64,000 nucleotides of DNA from a virus. The stretch lies in IMG/VR virus record IMGVR_UViG_3300015050_001142, positions 1 to 64,000 of that record; one strand, 5' to 3'. Below, one piece after another: positions 8,263 through 16,949 of the stretch (within the stretch, counting starts at the first letter, position 1; every line of letters starts with the position of its first letter). Under the pieces are notes generated by a model that had not been told where the DNA came from, searched no databases, and saw only the letters and a list, made by a program, of their open reading frames with translations. The translations under genes were made by a program, and so were the position numbers.

Positions 8263-8799
8263 TTAATGCAGTTTTGAAGCTGCAGCTGTTACTGTTTCAT
8301 TGAATCCTTGCTCACAGGTTTTAGCCATATCGAGTACTAATTCTGCTTCAGCAACCTGCTTGTTTTTAGCCAGTACCAATTCAATGGCATCATCTACCGC
8401 TGCTGTACGCTGCCCTTTCAGAATGGTCAGAGAACAACTGATGATCACATTCTGCAGGTTCATTGGGAATTGCATCAGAATACCAACAATCTCATTTTGT
8501 GCATCCTGTGGACGGCCATTGAAATCTTTGGATTTCTTGAATTCATGCAATTGACCAGCTACACTTTCCAGGTTCTTTTTGTAATCTTCAACCTGAGCTT
8601 TCAGATCATTTACATAACCATCACACACAATACTGTGACCTTCAGGTACCGGCTTCAAGTTCTGCTTAAGCTGTTTACTTGCTTTCTTTACTTCTTTTTC
8701 CAACTTGTTAATAGCTGCAGTTCTTACAACTTTCTTAGCTGATTTCTTCGGAGCCGGTAACTTCTTTACTGTTTTCTTCTTTGTTTTTGGCGTTGCCAT
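8263..8799 (-). CDS. Lys-rich N-terminus plus coiled-coil hypothetical protein (likely start 8799)
   Basis: MATPKTKKKTVKKLPAPKKSAKK...; the upstream extension of ORF 8263..9045 overlaps the next gene. Confidence 0.7.
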   Translation of the reverse strand: MATPKTKKKTVKKLPAPKKSAKKVVRTAAINKLEKEVKKASKQLKQNLKPVPEGHSIVCDGYVNDLKAQVEDYKKNLESVAGQLHEFKKSKDFNGRPQDAQNEIVGILMQFPMNLQNVIISCSLTILKGQRTAAVDDAIELVLAKNKQVAEAELVLDMAKTCEQGFNETVTAAASKLH

Positions 8800-9307
8800 T
8801 TTGTTTGGGTTGTGGTTTAGATAATTGCGTGGTACCAACATAGGTAGCCCGCGTTTCATTGTATAACTGGCCTGGATTATCGGTACCAGTAACTGATGCA
8901 TATAGGTATTTATTGCCATCAATATTTCCCATAAGAACCAGATCGATTGCCATCTCTTTGGTACGGATAACAGCACCCGGCCAGAGTGCTGTTTTATTAT
9001 CGAGGTAGACATAGCCTCTTGTGTAAACCTTTTGGTTAGGTACAACCTTGATCAATTTGCAGATGAATTGTTTCCATTTCGGAATCTTTTCAGGTACCGG
9101 CATATCAGCTTCAAACTTCATGATACGAATCTCCTGTGTTGGATCGAATGCAGTTTGCTTCTTTGGCTGTTTAAAGCGTTGGGGAGATTGTTGCTGCTTA
9201 TGATTCTTAATCATTTTATCCAGCTTACTATCTCTTTTTTCTCCAATAGCTAATCCTAACTGTTGGAGTTCTTCGGCTTCTTGTATTAAGTCTTTATCAT
9301 TACTCAT
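8735..9307 (-). CDS. hypothetical protein
   Basis: 190 aa ORF in the operon orientation. Confidence 0.65.
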   Translation of the reverse strand: MSNDKDLIQEAEELQQLGLAIGEKRDSKLDKMIKNHKQQQSPQRFKQPKKQTAFDPTQEIRIMKFEADMPVPEKIPKWKQFICKLIKVVPNQKVYTRGYVYLDNKTALWPGAVIRTKEMAIDLVLMGNIDGNKYLYASVTGTDNPGQLYNETRATYVGTTQLSKPQPKQNGNAKNKEENSKEVTGSEEIS

Positions 9308-9573
9308 GCTACTTTCCTCCCCATCTGCCGTGCGTACTTACGCTGTTTGTTTTGACTAAACATACTGTTACTCCGGCGTGATAACAGCCGATAAGGAATA
9401 GGTGCAGCACCACTCATCGATACAACCTCATGAAGTGGGCGATAAGATCCCATGTTTGATTTGTTACCTGTAAATGCAGGTGAGTTGCCTTGAGCACCGC
9501 TTCTGCGGTACCCAAAGATTCCAGCCACCATCGCAATAGCGGCAAAGAACATTTTGTTAAAACTGCGTCTCAT
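9304..9573 (-). CDS. small basic protein with N-terminal hydrophobic segment
   Basis: MFFAAIAMVAGIFG followed by an Arg/Lys-rich tail. Confidence 0.55.
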   Translation of the reverse strand: MRRSFNKMFFAAIAMVAGIFGYRRSGAQGNSPAFTGNKSNMGSYRPLHEVVSMSGAAPIPYRLLSRRSNSMFSQNKQRKYARQMGRKVA

Positions 9574-9607
9574 AGTTGGTTTAATTTAGACGGTGAAATT
9601 AATATTA

Positions 9608-10048
9608 TTACTTGAATTTTGATTCATCGATGTCAAGCTTCTTTCTACATTCTGGGCCAATACCGATAGTTAATGATAGAGCCTCAGTCAAGGATCTACC
9701 ACAATGACCGCATGTATCACTACGTAGGATCTCGATATAATCTGGTACTGCTTGCTTTTGGATTTTATCCCACATCCATCCGAATACTCTCATTGGATTA
9801 CCAAGTACCACTTCATTAGGTACATCAATACCCGATGAGAAATTACCTTCTGGGTTATTACCAGTGTAGATACTACCTAAGAAAGTTTTCTTTAAATTAT
9901 GGTGTGTAACAAACCAGGTATTATCAGAATCTTTCTTTGCTTTGATAAGATATGTAAATTGATTACCAGTTAATGTATTGTGGAATGTAACCATCGCTCT
10001 TCCAGCAAGCATATAATCCTTGGCATACTTCTGGTCTAATGCTTTCAT
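9608..10048 (-). CDS. DUF6011-like Zn-binding protein
   Basis: C-terminal CGHCGRSLT...SLTIGIGPECRKK. Confidence 0.8.
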   Translation of the reverse strand: MKALDQKYAKDYMLAGRAMVTFHNTLTGNQFTYLIKAKKDSDNTWFVTHHNLKKTFLGSIYTGNNPEGNFSSGIDVPNEVVLGNPMRVFGWMWDKIQKQAVPDYIEILRSDTCGHCGRSLTEALSLTIGIGPECRKKLDIDESKFK

Positions 10049-10392
10049 CTTTTAAGATTTTTGTGATCAAGCCATGAATCTCTCATCTCAACATAGTTAC
10101 CATCTCTCAATGGATGAAGATGAATATCGTTAGATTGAGATTTAAAACTACCTTGACTATAACATACAATATTATCTGTATGCTTATTGAGTTTATATAA
10201 TTCAATAAGTTGATAGAAAGTGAAATACGGGCCTACACCTTTGGAATTATTAAGATTACCAGGATGTAATACAAATCTCGCTTTCTTACGTCTTGTAGCA
10301 TACAAGAACATAATCATTGCAATAACAATAATACCACCAGCCAAATAAATGATTGGTAGCATACCGGGATTAATTACTTCGTTTCCGTTCAT
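10045..10392 (-). CDS. membrane-anchored hypothetical protein
   Basis: N-terminal TM helix followed by RRKK. Confidence 0.6.
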   Translation of the reverse strand: MNGNEVINPGMLPIIYLAGGIIVIAMIMFLYATRRKKARFVLHPGNLNNSKGVGPYFTFYQLIELYKLNKHTDNIVCYSQGSFKSQSNDIHLHPLRDGNYVEMRDSWLDHKNLKR

Positions 10393-10737
10393 AGAATTTC
10401 AGTTTAGGTGGTTTTAAAATAAAAAAAGTACCAGGCTTGAACTCACACCCAAGCACTGGTACATTACTATAGATTATCTCTGTGGTATTGAAACCACTTA
10501 ACCGGCCTTGAGATTGCAGGCTGTCTTTCGACTTTGCTCCAGATAACTATCACTGATTATTCTGGAAAGAGCAATATCATTCTTCGTGAATAATATATGT
10601 ATCTGCTCTTAGCTCCCGAAAGTATATCACTATACAATCGGGAATGGAAGGTCTGCCACTCAATCATTTTTCGGATAATGAATCTGACTAAGGATCTCGT
10701 CCATAGCCAGGAAGAACCCCATATGTCTTCTATTGCC

Positions 10738-11087
10738 AGTTACCTATGAACCTTGTCTCTGTTGCTAATGTAATGCATATCTTAGCTTCTCCAATTAATT
10801 CTCAATTGCATGGATAGTAAAACGTCAAGACACATCAAGACTTTAAATATTACAGTCAAGCAGTGATCAGTGTTACTAAAGAGATCGCTCCCGGAAAGAG
10901 ATTTCTCTCTAACCGGGATAGTTCAGCTTCGATCTGCCGAGGCAGTATATTCTAAGCGGAGAACTGTATGTTTAGTAAAGAGTGTGAGTAGCCTCTTACA
11001 AACTACAATACTTATCATCATTACACATTCCATGAATCACCTTTATACAGGAATTACATTCATAGCTCTCGACAAGAGATAGGTACT
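10738..11087 (-). ncRNA. candidate ~350 nt multibranch structured RNA
   Basis: Nested long-range pairings AGTACCTAT/ATAGGTAACT, CTTGTC/GACAAG, AATGTAAT/ATTACATT, TTACTAAA/TTTAGTAA; contains the repeated GNRA hairpin at 10889-10918. Confidence 0.6.
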
Positions 11088-11097
11088 GTTAAAAAAT

Positions 11098-11631
11098 TTA
11101 TGCTTCAGTGGTTGAAGCCGGCAATGAATTCAAATTACCAGTTGCCTGGTTGAGTTTCTTCTGCCACATGCTTTTCAGATCTTCTTTCTCGATGAATTGC
11201 TCGCCTTCTTTGATCAGTGCAGCCAATGCTTCGTGTGTTTCTTTCTGCAGGTTAATGCTAATACGCAGGTTAACATCGTGGTTCCAATCTTCGTAAGGAA
11301 ATCCTTCAATTGTAAAGATAGGTACACTCTTACCCTTCAATATAGGCAGACGGCTTACAGCTGCATCATAAGCTAATTTACGCTGGTATGCGCCGGCTTC
11401 CATGCAGATCAGATCTTCCAAAGGAATATTGATAGCATCCTTGTCTTTGATGTTAGCAAAACCATCACCATATTCACCATTGGTTTTCCACGGTGTTTCA
11501 GTGATTTTCTCAAGTGATGCTAATTGCTTTTTCAGGTCTTCTAATTGGGCCATAATACCATTACTGTTACCACTGCTTAAAATTTCTACTGCATCAGCAT
11601 TGCGCTGGAAATTGATCATTGTTGTTTTCAT
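11098..11631 (-). CDS. coiled-coil phage hypothetical protein directly upstream of the structured RNA
   Basis: PWKTNG...AYDAAV..L...F.IEG..YEDW..D..LRI pattern. Confidence 0.75.
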   Translation of the reverse strand: MKTTMINFQRNADAVEILSSGNSNGIMAQLEDLKKQLASLEKITETPWKTNGEYGDGFANIKDKDAINIPLEDLICMEAGAYQRKLAYDAAVSRLPILKGKSVPIFTIEGFPYEDWNHDVNLRISINLQKETHEALAALIKEGEQFIEKEDLKSMWQKKLNQATGNLNSLPASTTEA

Positions 11632-11652
11632 TTTGTTGATTGGTTTAAAAGT

Positions 11653-11949
11653 TTAATAAAGTTGAAAATGACATTGTTGATTGGTAATAAATTGATTACG
11701 TGGGAGAGACTTTTTAGCAATAATACAATTCCTAAGCCATAATTCTTGTTGTCTTGTTGCAGGACGTAATGGGCCAGCTAAATCAAATTTACCTTCTGCA
11801 AGATATAAACCTGAACTATCAAGACCAGTAGTTGGAAGTGTATAATTTCTTTTACCCTCTTGTCCTTTAAAACACCAGATAGTAAACAACCTCGGAGAAT
11901 GCTCGCACGTATAATACTTACCAATCTTAAGATCTTGTATTGTTAACAT
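11653..11949 (-). CDS. array protein 8 (C-terminus CHFQLY)
   Basis: DLKIGKYY, RPATRQQELWL, shared C-terminal motif. Confidence 0.75.
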   Translation of the reverse strand: MLTIQDLKIGKYYTCEHSPRLFTIWCFKGQEGKRNYTLPTTGLDSSGLYLAEGKFDLAGPLRPATRQQELWLRNCIIAKKSLPRNQFITNQQCHFQLY

Positions 11950-11951
11950 AA

Positions 11952-12257
11952 TTAGTAGATTGAGAAGTGAACATTACGCAAATCTGGTACATGCATTTCG
12001 ATCTTTACAGTACGTTCATGATTACGAATTGCTTTGAATAATTGAACCTGCTCTTTGTGGGTAGCCTTACGAAATTTATCATCTGCGAGATTTACACTAA
12101 ATTTTACCTGTAAATCTCCTAAAGCATCTAATGCATATGTGGCCCCTGAATCTACACTATTACCACGTTTATAAATAAAAATAATTGTTGCCGGTTTATT
12201 TCCAAAGATAAAATCAACAACATAATACTCATTCTCTTTGAGATCAGATATCTGCAT
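11952..12257 (-). CDS. array protein 7 (C-terminus VHFSIY; likely start MQISDLK)
   Basis: DLKENEYY, RKATHKEQ, shared C-terminal motif. Confidence 0.75.
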   Translation of the reverse strand: MQISDLKENEYYVVDFIFGNKPATIIFIYKRGNSVDSGATYALDALGDLQVKFSVNLADDKFRKATHKEQVQLFKAIRNHERTVKIEMHVPDLRNVHFSIY

Positions 12258-12258
12258 A

Positions 12259-12486
12259 TCAATAGATTTTAAAATGATGAGATTGTTTGAGTGGAATCCA
12301 TTGGCCGTTATCAAGGTAATCAAGAATTGAAATTACATTAAATCTACTGGAGCCACTTCTGGACCAGCTTACCATTGCAGTTAAAGTGTAAAGGTTTTCC
12401 CTAACATCAGTAATAATACCAAAATCTCCAACTCTTACACAATGCTTAATCTTCAATCCATTGATATTGTCTTTAGTATAGTGCAT
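12259..12486 (-). CDS. array protein 6 (C-terminus HHFKIY; likely start MHYTK)
   Basis: Shared C-terminal motif. Confidence 0.7.
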   Translation of the reverse strand: MHYTKDNINGLKIKHCVRVGDFGIITDVRENLYTLTAMVSWSRSGSSRFNVISILDYLDNGQWIPLKQSHHFKIY

Positions 12487-12808
12487 AGTGATTGGTTTTA
12501 GTATAATTAGAACACTTACCAATATCATCAGGATGAATATATTGTTGTGTTTTTTCACATGCAATGAAATGAACTCGTTCTGAAATTAGTGAATCAGTGA
12601 AAAAGTCTATTGAATTATTCTTTTCAGGGTCTAATGAGTTTTTTACTCCTTTATATTGGAACCAATTAGAAGTAGAACAAAGAAATGTAATCAGTTCGGG
12701 AGCAGCCGGTACTCTACCACTATGACGAAATACATATCTTGTACTGCCAGCTATAGCAGTATAGATCTCACCAGTTTTAAGATTTCGCCAATCTTTTTCT
12801 TGTAGCAT
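12473..12808 (-). CDS. array protein 5 (C-terminus NHYALY)
   Basis: NLKTGEIY, shared C-terminal motif. Confidence 0.75.
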   Translation of the reverse strand: MLQEKDWRNLKTGEIYTAIAGSTRYVFRHSGRVPAAPELITFLCSTSNWFQYKGVKNSLDPEKNNSIDFFTDSLISERVHFIACEKTQQYIHPDDIGKCSNYTKTNHYALY

Positions 12809-12810
12809 AG

Positions 12811-13167
12811 TTAATAAGTTGAGAAGTGATGAGATTGAGATACAGATATACTAGCAATTTCCTTCTCATTAAGTATCTTACCTTTTTCAACACATTTAAG
12901 CAATAAATTAATTTCGTATCGTGTTGCTTTACGATAATGAATAAAAGAAGAATTGCTATTTGTATTGAGATCAGAATAGACTCCAGGCGGATTGTAATCT
13001 TGTAATTTATCGTGAGTTATCCTAATATTCGCTACAGAATTCGTTCTATAAAGATCAGACCCTTTTAGAAATTGGAAAATATACTTTTCATTTGGCCAAT
13101 AAGTTCTATCAGCTATAACAGCATAAAACTCCCCAGGTTTAAGCTCTTCAAATTTGAGGTACTGCAT
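12811..13167 (-). CDS. array protein 4 (C-terminus HHFSTY)
   Basis: ELKPGEFY, RKATRYEINLLLKC, shared C-terminal motif. Confidence 0.75.
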   Translation of the reverse strand: MQYLKFEELKPGEFYAVIADRTYWPNEKYIFQFLKGSDLYRTNSVANIRITHDKLQDYNPPGVYSDLNTNSNSSFIHYRKATRYEINLLLKCVEKGKILNEKEIASISVSQSHHFSTY

Positions 13168-13169
13168 AG

Positions 13170-13832
13170 TTAATATAATTTAAAATGATGAATTGATTTA
13201 GAGGGTACCAACAGCTCGTGATATCTCCATATTCCAGGTGGATCGCATGAATAACCAGTTAAGAAATCAGCCCATCCTTCATGGTACATATGATTTGAAT
13301 CAGCACCTGGATTCTCAGCTCGATCAATGTAATGAATAACTCTGATTTGAGATTCAGCTTTTAAATGTATAGAAACACCAAATGGGCCTACAGGTATTTC
13401 AAACCAATCATCACTACATTCAATAAGAGTACCATCTTTTGGTGGACGAGAATCCTTATCATTCTTTCTCCATTTGTTCGGTGATATTATTGGAAGTCCA
13501 TATTGATCATACTGATCCCGATCATGCGGCATATACATTCCAGCTTCTTGTTGAGCGTTGAGAAGATCTTGAAGTTTCATTCGTGATTCAACTTCAGTTA
13601 ACCATTGACCATCCTGATATTGTTTTACTTGTTCACCAACACGAGATTGAGGAATACCTGATCGATCATAAATAAAATTTGCAGTTTGATCATGAATTTT
13701 TATAAACTCATTGATATCACCAGAACTAAAACATTCTTCAGGTGTTCTTGGGTACTCTCTACGCATTCTTTGAATAGCATTCATAAGAGGTCTTGCTTTC
13801 TCTTGAGCTATATCATAATGATTATTACCCAT
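13170..13832 (-). CDS. array protein 3 (C-terminus HHFKLY), with a terminase-like EYPRTPEE peptide
   Basis: 220 aa ORF; RREYPRTPEECF near the N-terminus. Confidence 0.75.
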   Translation of the reverse strand: MGNNHYDIAQEKARPLMNAIQRMRREYPRTPEECFSSGDINEFIKIHDQTANFIYDRSGIPQSRVGEQVKQYQDGQWLTEVESRMKLQDLLNAQQEAGMYMPHDRDQYDQYGLPIISPNKWRKNDKDSRPPKDGTLIECSDDWFEIPVGPFGVSIHLKAESQIRVIHYIDRAENPGADSNHMYHEGWADFLTGYSCDPPGIWRYHELLVPSKSIHHFKLY

Positions 13833-13834
13833 AA

Positions 13835-14077
13835 TTATGTGATTGAAAAGTGATGAGTTGAAGGTACCAGTTCATAGTTATCTGATGCAAACGTATAACC
13901 TTCACTTGATCTATCAGTATTTTTATGAGTTTTGAACTTTAAGTAGGTAAAGTTTTTACACCTTTCCCCTAAAGCTATAATAGTATCACTATCGCCCACT
14001 TTCATTGTACCTCTCTGCCCTTGTTGAAATCGTCTCACACGCATTCCAACCTTTGGTTCAATATTGTTTCTTAGCAT
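13835..14077 (-). CDS. array protein 2 (C-terminus HHFSIT)
   Basis: KOW/SH3-like KVGMRVR; shared C-terminal motif. Confidence 0.7.
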   Translation of the reverse strand: MLRNNIEPKVGMRVRRFQQGQRGTMKVGDSDTIIALGERCKNFTYLKFKTHKNTDRSSEGYTFASDNYELVPSTHHFSIT

Positions 14078-14080
14078 GGT

Positions 14081-14281
14081 TTAATAATTTAAAAAATGGT
14101 GAGTTGAATTAGGTAATCGCCAATGAGAATGATACCCGTAAATTACTCGGCCTTTAAACTTCTCCACCCATTGTGGCCAAGATAGTTTACCAGTTGCATT
14201 GCACCAATCACATTTCTCAGCCTTATGAAGCCAATGGTGCCCTCTTCCTTCGCACATTGTACAAATATACTTAGTACTCAT
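14081..14281 (-). CDS. array protein 1, DnaJ-type Zn finger (C-terminus HHFLNY)
   Basis: CTMCEGRG and CDWCNATG repeats. Confidence 0.7.
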   Translation of the reverse strand: MSTKYICTMCEGRGHHWLHKAEKCDWCNATGKLSWPQWVEKFKGRVIYGYHSHWRLPNSTHHFLNY

Positions 14282-14283
14282 GA

Positions 14284-14451
14284 TTAAGATGTTTTAGTAA
14301 ATCCAACAGCAATAAAAAATTGTATACAGATATAAGAACTTACTAAAGCACAACGATTCTCGAATCCAATATCTTTCCCATCTGCAATAAAGAGATAAAG
14401 GAGAATACACATTACTGTTGTAACAACATGCGTTATAATTTGTTTTTTCAT
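14284..14451 (-). CDS. 55 aa two-TM membrane protein (not in ORF track)
   Basis: Hand translation MKKQIITHVVTTVMCILLYLFIA...IQFFIAVGFTKTS*. Confidence 0.55.
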   Translation of the reverse strand: MKKQIITHVVTTVMCILLYLFIADGKDIGFENRCALVSSYICIQFFIAVGFTKTS

Positions 14452-14786
14452 AATTCTAATAATTTGGTTACAGTATCAAGTACCGGTAAAATGAGTTGAC
14501 CATCAGCTGGCCGTAATTGAATATACATTCCCCATTCAAATCCGGTGATACCTTGTGATTGAAGTTTTTGTACATCCTTATTACTCAGATCAACAAATGA
14601 ATTGAGTTCCATTCCAGGATATCGATCGCGTACATATTCTTGTAAGTATGCAAGTACCTTCTGCTGCATACCAGGCCCAGCCATATCAGCCATAGCCTGG
14701 TACACACCAAGAGGAATCTTATAGATATCATTGCGTGATTCTATTGTAAGATCATGAGAAGGATGAATGATTAATTCAGTTTTCAT
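14448..14786 (-). CDS. hypothetical protein
   Basis: ORF with ATGA overlaps at both ends. Confidence 0.65.
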   Translation of the reverse strand: MKTELIIHPSHDLTIESRNDIYKIPLGVYQAMADMAGPGMQQKVLAYLQEYVRDRYPGMELNSFVDLSNKDVQKLQSQGITGFEWGMYIQLRPADGQLILPVLDTVTKLLEL

Positions 14787-15319
14787 GGTAAGAGATAATC
14801 GGTTTTATCGTCTATATTGAAATCACCATTTACTAATACATTACAACAGATATTAGCGAGCTTTTCTTCAGTATTGAATCGATAAGGATGTCCATAAGAA
14901 CAATGTTCAAACTCATTTTCCATCCATTGCATAGATTTAAGAGAAAACCCCTTTAGATTATCACTATTTCCAAAACGCCGACAACTATCTGTAGAATCAA
15001 TGTCATTACCAAGTCTAATCTGAGACAGCATCATTAACCCTCTCTGACATACTTGACAATTCATTGATTTAAGCTGTTTGTTGAATACTCTTTGTAACTC
15101 TTTACTGGTACCTTCAACTCTTTGGAGATCCTCACTCCAGTATCCAGAATAATGTGCGAAAACTTGTTCTTTCAACACCATTTGTAATGCATCCCATGCA
15201 ATTTCTAATCGCTGAGATTGTGGATCAAGAGAATTGAAATGCTCATTACGCTCTTCAATTCCTTTAACTGTGTTTGGATACTTCGAGAGTACCGATTTGA
15301 ATGTTATGTTTGCTTTCAT
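14783..15319 (-). CDS. phage hypothetical protein
   Basis: QRLEIAWDAL...CQVCQRG...ICCNVLVNGDF. Confidence 0.7.
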   Translation of the reverse strand: MKANITFKSVLSKYPNTVKGIEERNEHFNSLDPQSQRLEIAWDALQMVLKEQVFAHYSGYWSEDLQRVEGTSKELQRVFNKQLKSMNCQVCQRGLMMLSQIRLGNDIDSTDSCRRFGNSDNLKGFSLKSMQWMENEFEHCSYGHPYRFNTEEKLANICCNVLVNGDFNIDDKTDYLLP

Positions 15320-15331
15320 TGTTATTGGTTT

Positions 15332-15631
15332 TTATACTGATAATTCAATTGCTTTCTCAAGCATTTTAATACGTGTACCCCATGAATGAGTCCAAGGCCC
15401 ATTTCGATCTACACTAATATGTTCAGGGCGTTGTTCCCATAATTCTGGTAGTTGTTTTTCAAACACTCTTCCAGAATAACAATCAATTTGAAATGCAGTA
15501 TGTAGCATGTAACAAAATCCATGATAGCATACACTGATAGAATATCCAAAATCTTCTTCTTTTAGTTGAGGATCTGTTGCTATCATATGCATCATTAGAT
15601 ATAACCAATGACGTTCTTGTTTAGTAAGCAT
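15332..15631 (-). CDS. hypothetical protein
   Basis: GFC...LPEL...RIKMLEKAIE. Confidence 0.65.
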   Translation of the reverse strand: MLTKQERHWLYLMMHMIATDPQLKEEDFGYSISVCYHGFCYMLHTAFQIDCYSGRVFEKQLPELWEQRPEHISVDRNGPWTHSWGTRIKMLEKAIELSV

Positions 15632-15729
15632 TGTTTTGATTTAAAAATGAACTACTACACGGTACCAATCGTGTCACCATTGTTATCTCATCGAGTACTC
15701 TAACTGATAACAAGAAAGTAGTTCAAAGA

Positions 15730-15990
15730 TTAAAACCGAAAATTATTATCCGGCTTATAAGTTAATTTGGGTTTGTTCATATCGCTGAGGATGGTACCTG
15801 CATGATGATAAAAATTATGTTGAATCTCAGCATAAGAATAATATTCAGTTTTCACTTCATCAGTATGTAAATGCTGACGAATAACTAATACATGATCTTT
15901 CATCTTAGCACCATATGGTTTTAAGAATGTGAATTTGAAATCATCAGTTACAAATGATAATCTTTCTGCTTTGAATAGTTCTTGTGGCAT
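15730..15990 (-). CDS. hypothetical protein
   Basis: ORF starting in an AATTCTATG context. Confidence 0.6.
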   Translation of the reverse strand: MPQELFKAERLSFVTDDFKFTFLKPYGAKMKDHVLVIRQHLHTDEVKTEYYSYAEIQHNFYHHAGTILSDMNKPKLTYKPDNNFRF

Positions 15991-15995
15991 AGAAT

Positions 15996-16298
15996 TTAAT
16001 TTTCAAGTACCGGCTCAAGACTATCCATCTTAATACCAAATACTCTGTTAGTATCAAGAGATCCCAATCCCATTGCAGCCATTGGCCCACCAACTCCAAT
16101 CTTTTCAACAGTAACAGTTACATCCTCAAGCTTACCAGATTTAGGTTCTTCGTAAGAGAATATAAAACATTGTTTCTTTGAATCTTTGAATTGGTATAAT
16201 TGTGTTGGTGGTAATAGTTCAATCGCGTCTTTGATTATTTGTGGGCGAGATTGATACCACTCTGATGATTTGAGTTCTTCAAATAATTTGTTATCCAT
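15996..16298 (-). CDS. hypothetical protein
   Basis: 100 aa ORF in the operon orientation. Confidence 0.65.
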   Translation of the reverse strand: MDNKLFEELKSSEWYQSRPQIIKDAIELLPPTQLYQFKDSKKQCFIFSYEEPKSGKLEDVTVTVEKIGVGGPMAAMGLGSLDTNRVFGIKMDSLEPVLEN

Positions 16299-16424
16299 AG
16301 AAATTAGTTTAATAAAAAGAAATGCCAGCCGATTTGAGTAGGTGTAGCTATCTCCAGCTGGCCCATTAATTTAATAACAGTGCACGATATTAGGTTACAC
16401 GCCTAAACACTGTGTTCAATTAGA

Positions 16425-16949
16425 TCACCACAAATCCTCGCTGCTTAAGCCTGGATTGAGGGATGGATCATAAAGATTTGGCATTAATAGCTGACCAGCG
16501 GCTTTAGCTATTGTGAATGCTTCTTTACGATCAACAAACTGACCATCACTGGTCATGAATCCGAATACACACATATCATTGTGATATGTACCTGTACCAC
16601 CCATTAAGGCTATAATAGATACACATTGATTGTGTCTACGTCCACAGATTACAAACCCAGTATCCACTGGTTGATTATCATATTCTTTACCATCTTGTAC
16701 ATGGATTGCTGAACACATAATACGTTGTGTAATCATTGTGTATTCAGTTTTGAGCCAATACTTTACAGCATTAGCCGGACTGCCATCATCTACGTTGATA
16801 GATCTATCTGAATATACACTTGCAAGGCGTATTGAACTATTCTCCAGTATTACTGGATACACATTAGGTTTCTCACCTTTTGTGGGTACTATTGGATGCT
16901 CATGATCTACATGAATCCAAGCTGCTTGTTTGTCAAAATTGTGATTCAT
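16425..16949 (-). CDS. phage protein (GRRH...GF.T..G.FVDR.EA...SEDLW type)
   Basis: Recognisable C-terminal domain; likely start MNHNF. Confidence 0.75.
   Translation of the reverse strand: MNHNFDKQAAWIHVDHEHPIVPTKGEKPNVYPVILENSSIRLASVYSDRSINVDDGSPANAVKYWLKTEYTMITQRIMCSAIHVQDGKEYDNQPVDTGFVICGRRHNQCVSIIALMGGTGTYHNDMCVFGFMTSDGQFVDRKEAFTIAKAAGQLLMPNLYDPSLNPGLSSEDLW

Noticed and set aside
10495-10545. c-di-GMP-I riboswitch (GCAAA-GTC-GAAA-GAC on the minus strand)
   Set aside because: Only superficial similarity; the second stem and receptor consensus are not evident.
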